From NCBI GenBank assembly GCA_963850555.1, contig CAWKLT010000023.1, positions 3,257-67,256 of the forward strand: a stretch of 64,000 nucleotides of DNA, given 5' to 3'. The position numbers and the translations under genes were made by a program. The stretch is from an uncultured Chloroflexia bacterium (lineage in GTDB: Bacteria > Chloroflexota > Limnocylindria > Limnocylindrales > CSP1-4). Positions 1 to 12,661 of this stretch are shown here, piece by piece (positions within the stretch are counted from its first letter, which is position 1; every line of letters begins with the position of its first letter). The notes below the pieces were generated by a model. That model saw nothing but the letters and a program-made list of their open reading frames with translations. It was not told the origin of the DNA and did no database searches.

Positions 1-254
1 ATCCGCAGGACCCGGTGCTGATCGATGGTCAGCGCTACATGTTCTTCTTGCTCCCGATGAACGACAGTGAAGGCCAACCATCCGGGGAATTCCTCGTGAC
101 CGACGCTTGGCCGATCGGAAAAGACCACGTCGTCAAGACCGCGCAGGACGGGGACCTGCCGCTGCCAACGGCCATCGATGCCGTCAAGAACGGCCCAAAG
201 GTCACTCCACCGCCAAGTCCTGGGGAACCCCCCGAGACCACCGCCGGACCGTAG
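1..254 (+). CDS. 3' end of a CDS entering from upstream of the window; product unknown
   Basis: The open frame runs from the window edge (codons at 3,6,9...) through the listed ORF 15..254 (…DPVLIDGQRYMFFLLPMNDSEGQPSGEFLVTDAWPIGKDHVV…) with a Pro-rich tail. No recognisable family motif. Third codon positions are GC-rich by eye, consistent with coding. Confidence 0.35.
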   Translation, partial: PQDPVLIDGQRYMFFLLPMNDSEGQPSGEFLVTDAWPIGKDHVVKTAQDGDLPLPTAIDAVKNGPKVTPPPSPGEPPETTAGP

Positions 255-345
255 GTCGCAGCGATTTCAGCGAAGTCGCAATTCCATGGACGGTCGGCCG
301 CCGACCAGTCATGCACCTGCTCCGGTAGCAATCTCTCGGTAGCAT

Positions 346-383
346 CAGAGCCGGGCACCCCGCGAACGGATGACCCGGCTCTG
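346..383. terminator. GC-rich hairpin between convergent genes (possible bidirectional terminator)
   Basis: CAGAGCCGGG (346-355) pairs perfectly with CCCGGCTCTG (374-383). It is followed on the plus strand by ATCGTGTTTCGTGTT. It lies between the end of the 1..254 CDS and the groEL stop (431). There is no clean U-tract on the groEL side. Confidence 0.4.
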
Positions 384-430
384 ATCGTGTTTCGTGTTGC
401 GCCCGCCGTGGGCGAACGCTATTGGACCCT

Positions 431-2439
<2,009 letters not shown>

Positions 2440-2616
2440 CGTGCAGTTCCTCCTGTGACGGCCAGGGCCGACCGTCAGGCATGGCTTGTTGGAGCAGCGA
2501 CCCGCCGGAACGGGGCGTGGTCTGCCGGTCCCTCATCTGTCGCACCGCTCGGACGCGTCCCTGACATCTCCCGCCGAGTGGTTCTCGGCCCTCGTCCAGG
2601 TGGGTCCGCGATGCAA

Positions 2617-2643
2617 TTAGCACTCTCTGTGTCAGAGTGCTAG
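2617..2643 (-). promoter_or_regulatory. CIRCE operator (HrcA binding site) upstream of groES-groEL
   Basis: TTAGCACTC-tctgtgtca-GAGTGCTAG matches the established CIRCE consensus TTAGCACTC-N9-GAGTGCTAA at 17/18 positions. It lies ~178 nt upstream of the groES start codon. Confidence 0.85.
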
Positions 2644-2673
2644 CGCCAGCCTACCGAACCCATAGCCGCCCTG

Positions 2674-3505
2674 TCAACTCGTTCGCACCGGCCGCGGGAA
2701 TGTGCGCTCGTACGCCTCGATCAGGCTGGTCCCGAGCGCGTCCGCGGGCACGCCGCGCCGTTCCGCGACCCACGCCGCGGTGATGCGCACGTACTCGGGT
2801 TCGTTGCGCGAGCGCGGTGCCCCGGGCGCCGCCAGGAACGGCGAATCCGTCTCGACCAGGAGCCGCTCGGCCGGCACGATCGCGGCGACCTCCGCCGATG
2901 CCTCCTCCCCCGCCCGGAAGACGAGACCGGAGAAGCTGATCGCGGCTCCCAGGTCCAGCATGGCCCGGGCGTAGTCCGTGGGTCCCGAATAGGAATGGAT
3001 CACCACCGGGGGCCGATCGCCGAAGGCCGCCGCCCATTCGGCCCCGCCGACGCCGGCGCTCTCGGAGCTCCGCGAGGAGGGCGTCCTGGGCGTCGCGCTG
3101 CCCGGCTGCGGAGCGGCAGTGGAGGATCGCGGGCTTGCCGGTCTCGACGGCGAGTGCCAGGTTGCGTCGCAGGTTTGCCAGCTGGTCCGGGATCGGGCTG
3201 AAGACCCGGTCGTAGTCGAGGCCGGTCTCACCGATCGCGACCACGCGCTCGTCGCCGGCCCAGGCCACGATCTGCGCCCAGGCGGCGTCGTCGGCCTTGG
3301 CCGCGTCATGCGGATGGATGCCGACCGCCGCATCGAGCCAGGTGAAGCGCTCGACAAGGTCCAGGGCACGACGACTCGAGGCGAGATTCCAGCCCGGGAC
3401 GAGGATGCGCTCGACGCCCGCCAGACGAGCGGCCCCGAGTACCTGATCGGCGTCGCCCTCGAAGCGGTCGGCGTTGAGGTGGCAGTGCGAGTCGACCAGG
3501 CGCAT
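2674..3505 (-). pseudogene. TatD-family metal-dependent hydrolase, one frame break as sequenced (~3062-3075)
   Basis: The N-terminal part is in ORF 2651..3505 (MRLVDSHCHLNADRFEGD…IGETGLDYDRVFSP…KPAILHCRSAAGQRDAQDALLAELRE). The C-terminal part is in ORF 2674..3513 (…SAGVGGAEWAAAFGDRPPVVIHSYSGPTDYARAML…LLVETDSPFLAAPG…). The span of 832 nt is 3n+1, consistent with a single-base indel. Confidence 0.85.
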
Positions 3506-3538
3506 CGGGGCATGGTAGGTGGCGCGGCGCCCCGAGGT

Positions 3539-5188
3539 TCAGCCGGCCTCGGTCTCGAGGTCGAGGCGCGGAAAGAGCGGCTCGGGTGCCGTCACGCGGC
3601 CCGGCTCCCCTGCCCTGGCGCCCCAGGCAAGCTGCTCGAGGATCGGTGGCCCGCCGTTCCCGTCCGCGCCGTAGTCGTACCCGTACCCGAGCTGCGCGAG
3701 GACTTGCGGCGCGACATTCGGCATGAACGGGGCCACGGCCAGGCCGATCAGCCGGCACGCCTCCAGCAGGTCCCCCAGCACACCGCGGAGCTGGGTGGCG
3801 GCAGCCTCGTCGCCCTCGTTGGCCGCCTTGGCGAGCACCCATGGCTTCTCGTCATCGACGATCTTGTTCGCGGCATCCACGAGCGTCCACAGCTCGCCCA
3901 GGGCGATGTGCAGCATGCAGCGCTCGAGCTGAGAGCCGTAGGACCCGATGAGGAATTCGTTCCAGGTCTCACCGAAGGGCGTTTCGCCGACCGGTCGCGG
4001 CGCCGGCCGCTCCCCATCCAGGTACCGGTTCGTCATCGAAACGGTCCGGTTCAGCAGATTCCCGAAGTCGTTCGCGAGATCGGCGTTGAACCGCCGGACG
4101 AACGAATCCCACGACACCTCGGCATCGCGATCGAACGGCACCTCACGCAACACCACGTAGCGCGCCCCATCGGCACCGAACGCGCCCACGAAGTCATTGG
4201 GGTCCAGGAAGTTGCCGCGGCTCTTGCTCATCCGCTCACCGCCGGCCGCCAGCAGCCAACCGTGGACCCAGACGTGGCGGGGTGCCTCGAGACCCGCGCT
4301 CCAGAGCATCGCCGGCCAGAAGATCGTGTGGAACCGGGCGATGTCCTTGCCGATGACGTGGAGGTCGGCCGGCCACCACGTCCCGAAGGCGTCCATGTCG
4401 TCCGGAAAGCCGGCCCCGGTGATGTAGTTGATCAGCGCGTCGTACCAGACGTAGATCTTGCCGGCCTCCGGGTCCCACGTGCCGTCCTCGCGGAGGGCGG
4501 TCTCCCCGTTCTCGGCGATGGGGAACGGGATGCCCCAGTCACCCGGCGTGCGCTCACGGGAGATCGAGAAATCCTCGAGCCCGCTCCGGATGAACCCCAG
4601 CATCTCGTTGCGTCGGAAGTCGGGCTGGACGAAGTCCGGGTGGTCGTCGAAGTAGCGCTCCAGCCGCTCCTGGTAGGCCGAGAGCCGGAAGAACCAGTTC
4701 TTCTCGGTCAGCCATTGGAGCGGGACGTCTGGGTGGTTCGGGCAGATCGTCCCGCGCGCCGTCTCGACCACGTCTGTCGCGTTGCGAAAGCCCTCGTTCG
4801 GGCAGTACCAGCCCTCGTACGTGCCGAGATAGATGTCGCCGTTCGCGTGGGCGCGCCGGACCATCTCCTGCGCCGCGCGGATGTGGTCGGGGTCGGTCGT
4901 GCGGATGAACCGATCGGGGCTGATGAGCAGGGCGTCCTCGGCGGCCTTGAAGTACTCGACCTTCTCGTCGACGAACTCGCGTGCGGGGCGTCCCTCGTCG
5001 ACCGCACTCTGGGCGATGTTGATCGAATGCTCGTCGGTGCCGGTCAGGAACCGCGTCTCGTCACCCTTCATCCGGTGCCAGCGCGCGATCACGTCCGCGC
5101 CGATCACCTCGTACAGGGTGTGCAGACCCGGCTTGTTGTTGGCGTAGGCGATAGCCGTTGTCAGGTAGTAGCGGGGACGGTCAGGCAT
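3539..5188 (-). CDS. metG: Methionine--tRNA ligase (short form, no C-terminal tRNA-binding extension)
   Basis: 549-aa ORF with N-terminal YYLTTAIAYANNKPGLHTLYE (HIGH-region equivalent), DETRFLTGTDEHS, and the KMSKS loop as GGERMSKSRGNFLDP. Confidence 0.93.
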   Translation of the reverse strand: MPDRPRYYLTTAIAYANNKPGLHTLYEVIGADVIARWHRMKGDETRFLTGTDEHSINIAQSAVDEGRPAREFVDEKVEYFKAAEDALLISPDRFIRTTDPDHIRAAQEMVRRAHANGDIYLGTYEGWYCPNEGFRNATDVVETARGTICPNHPDVPLQWLTEKNWFFRLSAYQERLERYFDDHPDFVQPDFRRNEMLGFIRSGLEDFSISRERTPGDWGIPFPIAENGETALREDGTWDPEAGKIYVWYDALINYITGAGFPDDMDAFGTWWPADLHVIGKDIARFHTIFWPAMLWSAGLEAPRHVWVHGWLLAAGGERMSKSRGNFLDPNDFVGAFGADGARYVVLREVPFDRDAEVSWDSFVRRFNADLANDFGNLLNRTVSMTNRYLDGERPAPRPVGETPFGETWNEFLIGSYGSQLERCMLHIALGELWTLVDAANKIVDDEKPWVLAKAANEGDEAAATQLRGVLGDLLEACRLIGLAVAPFMPNVAPQVLAQLGYGYDYGADGNGGPPILEQLAWGARAGEPGRVTAPEPLFPRLDLETEAG

Positions 5189-5545
5189 GGGTGACTTCCT
5201 GGTTCAGGGACTCGTGCGCGCGGCGCTGGGCGGGGGCGGACACGGCGGCCGGCCGCCGGCGCGGATCCTGGGTCAGGATCGTCCGGAGCGGGGCCGCCCG
5301 GGCATCACCATCGAGCTCCCGGGTCGAACCATGGCCCGATGATGGCGGGACGCTTCGGCGCCGGGTCAAGCAGACGGTGGCGCGTTGATAGCGCCGGCTT
5401 GGCCCTCGAAGGATCGATGGCGCTCGCGGCGGGATCGGTGCTCGTGCGCACCCAGGCGGCCCGCACGATGGTCCGCTAGACGACACAATGGCGCGCGTGA
5501 CGCCGCACACGTGTCGAAGGCGGATCGAGGGGGAGGCAGCAAATC

Positions 5546-6457
5546 GTGGATCCGGCAGCGACGGCGCCCGCACCCGCGCCGTCGACCTCGTTGATCATCA
5601 GCTCGCGGGACCGTCCCTTGTTCCTCGAGCAGGTGGTCGCGTCGGTCCTGGCCGGCGACGAGTGCCCAGATGAGGTGGTCGTCATCGACCAGAGCCGGAC
5701 GCCCAACGACCACCTGACGGCCCTCGCCGCGAAAGCGCCGGGCCAGCTGCGCTACCAGTGGACGACGGAGCGTGGTCTCAGTCGCGGACGGAATGCCGGG
5801 ATCCGACTGGCCCGGGGCGACTGGCTTGTCTTCATCGACGATGACGTCGTCGTGGGCCCAGATTGGTTCGGGCGGATGCTTCGCGCGGCGCTCCAGGCCG
5901 GTCCCCGCGCCGTGACCACGGGCCGCGTCGTCGCCGGCGACGCGGAGCGACCCGGAGCCTTCGCGCCGTCGCTCAGCCTTTCGGAGACGCCCGCCCTGCA
6001 TCGCGGTCGGGTCGGTCGGGATGTCCTGTTGCCGTTGAACATGGCGATGCATCGCGATGTTCTCGCTGATGTCGGCGATTTCGACGCGCGGTTGGGCGCC
6101 GGCTCGCACTTCCCGTCGTCGGAGGACAACGATCTTGGCTACCGAGTGCTCGAGGCGGGCTACATGATCGGGTATGACCCGTCCATCGTCGTCGTCCATC
6201 GAGCGTGGCGGGCGCCAGGTGCCCTGCTCCCCTTGCGTTGGAGCTACGGCCGCGGGCAGGGCGCCTACTTCGCGAAGCACGCCTCCCTTCGCGACCGCTA
6301 CATGCTCCGCCGGCTGTGGGCCGATGTGCGACGCCACATCCGACGCGCCCCCCGTCGCGCGCTCGCCCATCCACGTGACGGCGCCGCCGACCTCGTCTAC
6401 AGCGCCGCGCTGCTGGCCGGCGCCGCGGAATGGCTCATCACGCGGCCGCGTCGATGA
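5546..6457 (+). CDS. Family 2 glycosyltransferase
   Basis: 303 aa. TSLIISSRDRPLFLEQVVASVLAG…EVVVIDQS…GLSRGRNAGIRLARGDWLVFIDDDVVV is the GT-A fold with a DxD-type motif. GTG start with GAGGGGGAGG upstream. The stop overlaps the wzm ATG (ATGA at 6454-6457). Confidence 0.85.
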   Translation: MDPAATAPAPAPSTSLIISSRDRPLFLEQVVASVLAGDECPDEVVVIDQSRTPNDHLTALAAKAPGQLRYQWTTERGLSRGRNAGIRLARGDWLVFIDDDVVVGPDWFGRMLRAALQAGPRAVTTGRVVAGDAERPGAFAPSLSLSETPALHRGRVGRDVLLPLNMAMHRDVLADVGDFDARLGAGSHFPSSEDNDLGYRVLEAGYMIGYDPSIVVVHRAWRAPGALLPLRWSYGRGQGAYFAKHASLRDRYMLRRLWADVRRHIRRAPRRALAHPRDGAADLVYSAALLAGAAEWLITRPRR

Positions 6458-7317
6458 TCGAGCCCGAAGCCTCGCCTGAGCCGCACCACCGGACCCTCCC
6501 CGTAGTCGAGATCCGCCCGCGGCGCGGTCGCGCACCGATCGACCTGCCCGCGCTCTGGCAGTACCGCGAGCTGCTCTACTTCCTGACCTGGCGCGACTTC
6601 AAGGTGCGCTACGCCAGACGTTCTTCGGCGCGGCCTGGGCGGTGATCCAGCCGCTCGTGACGATGGTCGTCTTCAGCGTGATCTTCGGACGCCTCGCCGG
6701 AATCCCGTCGGATGGCGTCCCCTACCCCGTCTTCGCCTTCGCTGCGCTCGTGCCGTGGACCTTCTTCTCGACGGGCGTCACCCAGGCCGCCAACAGCCTC
6801 GTCGGCGGCCAGAACCTCGTGAAGAAGGTGTACTTTCCGCGGCTCGTCGATCCCGATCGCCGCGGTCCTGACCGGCGTCGTCGATCTCGCGATCGCTGGG
6901 CTCGTGCTCATCGCGCTGATGCTCGGGTTCGGCGATCGTCCCTGGGCTCACGACCGTCTGGGTCGTGCCGCTCGCCGGGCTGGCGTTCATCACGGCGCTC
7001 GGCGTCGGCCTGTGGCTGGCGGCACTCAACGTCCGCTACCGAGACGTCCGCTACCTGGTGCCCTTCCTCCTTCAGGTCTGGCTGTTCGCGACCCCGGTCG
7101 CCTACCCGAGCAGCCTGCTCGACGAACCGTGGCGCACGCTGTACGCCCTCAACCCCATGGTCGGCGTCGTCGAAGGGATTCGCGCTGGGCGCTCCTCGGC
7201 ACGGCGACCGCGCCGGGGCCACTGATCCTCGTGTCGAGCGCGGTCGCCGTGCTCGCTCCTCGTGACCGGAGCCGCGTACTTCCGGCGCGTCGAGGGCACG
7301 TTCGCGGACGTCGTCTG

Positions 7318-7318
<1 letters not shown>
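6454..7318 (+). pseudogene. wzm: ABC-2 type polysaccharide export permease (Wzm/TagG-like), about 5 frame breaks as sequenced
   Basis: Conserved permease sequence is recovered only by hopping frames:
- …LWQYRELLYFLTWRDFKVRY (frame 1)
- QTFFGAAWAVIQPLVTMVVFSVIFGRL…KKVYFPRLV (frame 0)
- IPIAAVLTGVVDLAIAGLVLIALMLGF (frame 1)
- IVPGLTTVWVVPLAGLAFITALGVGLWLAALNVRYRDVRYLVPFLLQVWLFATPVAYP…LNPMVGVVEG (frame 2)
- RWALLGTATAPGPLILVSSAVAV (frame 1)
- LLVTGAAYFRRVEGTFADVV* (frame 2)

Breaks are at ~6614, 6849, 6934, 7178-7186 and 7253. Confidence 0.85.
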
Positions 7319-8578
<1,260 letters not shown>

Positions 8579-8582
<4 letters not shown>

Positions 8583-9325
8583 CCCGCCTGGGCCGGGCGC
8601 GCGCCGTCGCGCGAGCGATCTTGCCGCGCACCGTCCAGCGTCGCCTCCGGCCGACCTCGTTGCCCGCGCCGGGTCATGTCGATTTCGGAGATTTCCGGCG
8701 GACCCAGCCGATCAGTCGACACTTCGGGTTCGAGCGCGGCCAGCCGATCGACCGGTTCTATATCGAGCGCTTCATGGCGGCCAACGCCATGGACATCCGC
8801 GGCCACGTGCTCGAGATCGGCGACGCGACACTCACCCGCCAGTTCGGCGGCGACCGGGTGACCCACATCGACGTCCTGCATGTCGTCGAAGGTTCGCCGG
8901 GCGCGACCATCATCGGCGACCTGACCGCGGCCGACCACATCCCATCCGACGCCTTCGACTGCATCGTGCTGACCCAGACCCTGCATCTCATCTATGACGT
9001 CCCGGCGGCGATCGCGACGATCCACCGCATCCTCGCCCCCGGCGGGGTGATCCTCGCGACGGTCCCCGGCATCTCTCAGATCGAGCGTGGTCAATGGCGG
9101 GACACCTGGTTCTGGTCGTTCACGGTGCCCGCCGCACGACGCCGATTCGAGGAGCGCTTCGCCCCCACCGAGGTCCAGGTCGAGGCGAACGGCAACGCGC
9201 TTGCGGCGGTCGCGTTCCTCGAGGGTCTCGCGTCACACGAACTGCGCCCTGACGAACTACTGGCCTACGACGAGGCGTACCCAGTGCTCGTTGCGGTCCG
9301 GGCCGTCAAGGGCGACTCGCGATGA
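8579..9325 (+). CDS. Class I SAM-dependent methyltransferase
   Basis: The GTG at 8579 overlaps the wzt stop (GTGA). …[28 protein letters not shown]…[15 protein letters not shown]…[17 protein letters not shown]… contains motif I (VLEIGD) and the post-III LxPGG motif. Confidence 0.8.
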
Positions 9326-10296
9326 GGGCGCGCCTGCGGCGATTCGCGCGCTCGATGACGCCGCCGGCCCGGCGCGGGGCCTTGGTCCTCATGTACCACC
9401 GCGCGGCCGTGGTCGACCCCGATCCCTGGCGCCTGGCCGTCACACCCGACCACCTCGACGAGCACCTCGACGTCCTCGCGCGTCACACGCGCCCGACGAC
9501 GGCCGCCGGCTTGCTCGAGGCCATGAACGATGGCCGAATCCCGGCAAGGACCGTCATCCCGACCTTCGACGACGGCTATGCGGACCTCGCCACCGCGGTA
9601 CGGCCGCGCCTCGAGCGTGCCGGTGTGCCGGCGACGATGTTCCTCGTCTCGCGGGCCATCGGCCGGGACCGCGAATTCTGGTGGGATGCACTCGAGCGGG
9701 CCGTTCTGGCCCCATCCGTTCCGGCGGAGCCTCTGCGCCTGACCATCGATGGCTCGCTGCGAATGTGGGACGTCGCGAACTCCGTGGGCCGTTCCGACGC
9801 CTACCGTGAGATCTGGTCTGCGCTGCGAGCCCGGCCGCCGGACGAACGCGACCGGCTCGCGATATCCGTGCTCGAGTGGGCCCGTCTGCCGACGGCCGCG
9901 CGTCCGTCGCATCGGACCCTTACGACCGACGAGGTCGGCGGCATCGCGTCGGGCGGGCTAGTCGAGATCGGCGCGCACACAGCCGATCACGCGTGGCTCG
10001 CCGGCCTATCGCCGGAGGCTAAAGACGACCAGATCCAGCGCGGCCGGGCCGAGATCGAGGCGCTCATCGGGAAACCCATCCACGCGTTCGCGTATCCGCA
10101 CGGTGGACCGGCTGACATCGGGAACGCCGCGAACGCGGTCCGCGATGCGGGTCTGGGGACGGGGTTCGTGGGCACACCCGGGCTGGTCCGTCCCGGTACC
10201 GATCGCTACCATCTCCCCCGCGTGTTCGTCGAGGACATGGACGGGGAGGGCTTCGGTCGACTGCTCTGGCGACACGCCGGGATCCGGGCGGGTTGA
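9322..10296 (+). CDS. Polysaccharide deacetylase family (CE4-like) protein
   Basis: 324 aa. …LVLMYHR…[34 protein letters not shown]…[12 protein letters not shown]…[10 protein letters not shown]… has the NodB-type TFDDG / H-x-x-x-H pattern. The ATG overlaps the upstream stop (ATGA). Confidence 0.75.
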
Positions 10297-10298
10297 CG

Positions 10299-11262
10299 AT
10301 GACCGACGCTGCGCCGGTCGTCTCGATCGTGATGATCTTTTACAACGCGCCGCTCGGCTTCTTCGAGGAGGCGATCGCCAGCGTGTGGGCGCAGACCGAA
10401 GCGCGCTGGGAGCTCCTGCTGGTCGACGACGGCTCGACCGATGAAAGCGCCGTGGTCGCAAGAAGCGCGGCGGCGGCCGATCCCGAGCGGATCCGTGTCC
10501 TGACGCACGAGGGCGGCGTGAACCGCGGCATGAGCGCATCGCGCAACGTGGGCATCGCAGCCGTCACGTGGGGATGCTGTCGCCTTCCTCGACGCCGATG
10601 ACGTCTACCTGCCGCAGAAGCTGGAGCGCCAGATCGGCATCCTCGAGGCCCACCGGGACGTGGACGTCGTGTACGGCCCGACGCCGCATTGGTGGAGCTG
10701 GAGCGGCCGGCCTGAAGACCTTGGGCGCGACCACCTCCGGCGCCTGGGCGTCGAGCCGGACCGCGTCGTCCGACCGCCGGAATTGGTCCGCGCTTTCCTC
10801 GAGCGACGAGCGGACACGCCGGCGACGTGCGGGGTCCTCGTCCGCCGCACGGCTATCGAGGCCGTCGGTGGATTCGAACCGAGGTTCCACGACCTCTACG
10901 AGGATCAGGCGTTCTTCTTCAAGCTCCTGCTCGGCCACGCGGCCTTCGTCGAGAGCCAGGCGTGGGATCGGTACCGGCGCCATGCGGCCGCGATGTGCGA
11001 GGTGCGGATCCGGGCTGGCGACCATGCTGACGACGACACGCCGACGGTGGCACGCGGCGCGTTCCTAGCCTGGCTCGAGGACTACTTTACGACTACCGGC
11101 GTCAACGACCCGGAGCTCTGGCGGCTGCTGCGCCGTGCACGTTGGCCGTTCCGCCATCGCCGCCGGTACGAATTCGGCCGACAGATGCAAGGCCTCGCCC
11201 GTGCGTTCCTGCCGGCGTCCGTCCGGCGCGCCGGCCGGCGTGTCGTCGGTCCGCGAACCTGA
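10299..11262 (+). pseudogene. Family 2 glycosyltransferase, one frame break (~10563-10567)
   Basis: MTDAAPVVSIVMIFYNAPLGFFEEAIASVWAQT…ELLLVDDGSTDES…SASRNVGIAA is in the frame of ORF 10293. It continues as RGDAVAFLDADDVYLPQKLERQIGILEAHRDVDVVYGP… in the frame of ORF 10660..11262. A TTG at 10293 is an alternative start overlapping the upstream stop. Confidence 0.8.
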
Positions 11263-11428
11263 GCCTCAGCCGGACCGGCGTCGTTCCCGACCCGTCGCTG
11301 TCCCGTGGCCCTCGTCGCACCCCCGACATGCCTTGATCACGAAGCGCGGGCTACGCGTCACTCGTGTACGGTACCGGCAGTGGTGGACGCGCATTGAGGG
11401 GGGTGTGGCGCTGCACGCAACATCAGAC

Positions 11429-12661
11429 ATGCCGGGAGCGACCGATCGGGCGCGCGTGCTCATGGTCAGTCCTGATGCTCCCGGTCCCCTCGATCAGGGA
11501 TTCCGCATCCGGGTCCATCACCTAGCAGTCGCGCTCGCCGGCGGTGGGTACCGAGTCACGTTGCTCGCCCCCGCGGCTCGCCCGGACGACACGAACGAGC
11601 TGCAGCTCGGCGGTGTCGAGATCCTCTCCACCCCGAATGCTGTTCCGAAGGACGGCGAAGGCCCTTCTGCGCGCGTCCGACGTGGCCTGGAGCTGCTTGC
11701 CGGTCGGCCGTCGCGGACCCTGGCCGAGCGGGTGACCGCGATGCGACCCGGCATTGACGAGCTGCTCGCCGAACGAACCTACGACGCCATTCAAGTCGAA
11801 CTCCCGGAGTTCGTCGATGTGGTCGGCGGGCGGGACCTGCCGGTCGTCCTCGATGCCCACAACATCTGGTCGGAATTGACAGCGCGCCGCCAAGCGATCG
11901 ACCCACGGGTGGTCCGACGCGCGGTCCGGGCGATCGGACACCGACGGCAGCGCGCGGCGGAGGAACGCGCCTGGAGGGCTGCAGACCTGTGCTTGGCCAC
12001 CTCCGAGCGTGAGGCCGGGATCATCAGCGCAGCGGGGGCGCAGCGGGTCGTGATCGTCCCCAACGGCGTCGCGACGCAAGTGATCCGCCCAGTCGCCGGC
12101 GACCCTGGCGCCCGCGCTCCCGGCCGACCGACGCTCGTCTTCGTGGGTCTGCTCGGCTACTCGCCGAATGCCGACGCGGTGACCCACCTGGTTCGCGACA
12201 TCCTGCCGTTGATCCATGCCCAGCGACCGGACGTCCACCTTCAGGCCATCGGGGATGGGGCGTCAGCGGAGCTGCTGCGCCTGGCCGGTCCGCACGTCGA
12301 GTTCACGGGCCGGGTGCCCGATGTCCGACCCTTCATCGCTGCCGCGGACGTGGTCGTCGTCCCGCTTCGACTCGGCAGCGGGACCCGCCTGAAGATCCTC
12401 GAGGCGCTCGCGTTGGGCCGACCGGTCGTGACGACGACGATCGGCGCGGAAGGTCTCGACCTGGTCGACGGCCAGCACGTGCTGATCTCCGATGGGCCCA
12501 CCGCCTTTGCGGCCGCCGTTGATCGGTTTCTGGGTGACGACCGACTTGCCGCGCAGATTGCCGAGAGGGGCCGGGCGCTCGTGGAGCGGTCGTACGACTG
12601 GTCCGGGATCGGATCACGACTCGTCGAAGCGTACGACCAGCTCCTGGGCTTGCAGGCATGA
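11429..12661 (+). CDS. Family 4 (GT-B) glycosyltransferase
   Basis: The start was chosen at the ATG giving MPGATDRARVLMVSPDAPGPLDQGFRIRVHHLAVALAGGGYRVTLL… C-terminal …FTGRVPDVRPFIAAADVVVVPLRLGSGTRLKILEALALGRPVVTTTIGAEGL… is the GT4 E-x7-E region. The upstream part of ORF 11135.. is Arg/Pro junk. Confidence 0.8.
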   Translation: MPGATDRARVLMVSPDAPGPLDQGFRIRVHHLAVALAGGGYRVTLLAPAARPDDTNELQLGGVEILSTPNAVPKDGEGPSARVRRGLELLAGRPSRTLAERVTAMRPGIDELLAERTYDAIQVELPEFVDVVGGRDLPVVLDAHNIWSELTARRQAIDPRVVRRAVRAIGHRRQRAAEERAWRAADLCLATSEREAGIISAAGAQRVVIVPNGVATQVIRPVAGDPGARAPGRPTLVFVGLLGYSPNADAVTHLVRDILPLIHAQRPDVHLQAIGDGASAELLRLAGPHVEFTGRVPDVRPFIAAADVVVVPLRLGSGTRLKILEALALGRPVVTTTIGAEGLDLVDGQHVLISDGPTAFAAAVDRFLGDDRLAAQIAERGRALVERSYDWSGIGSRLVEAYDQLLGLQA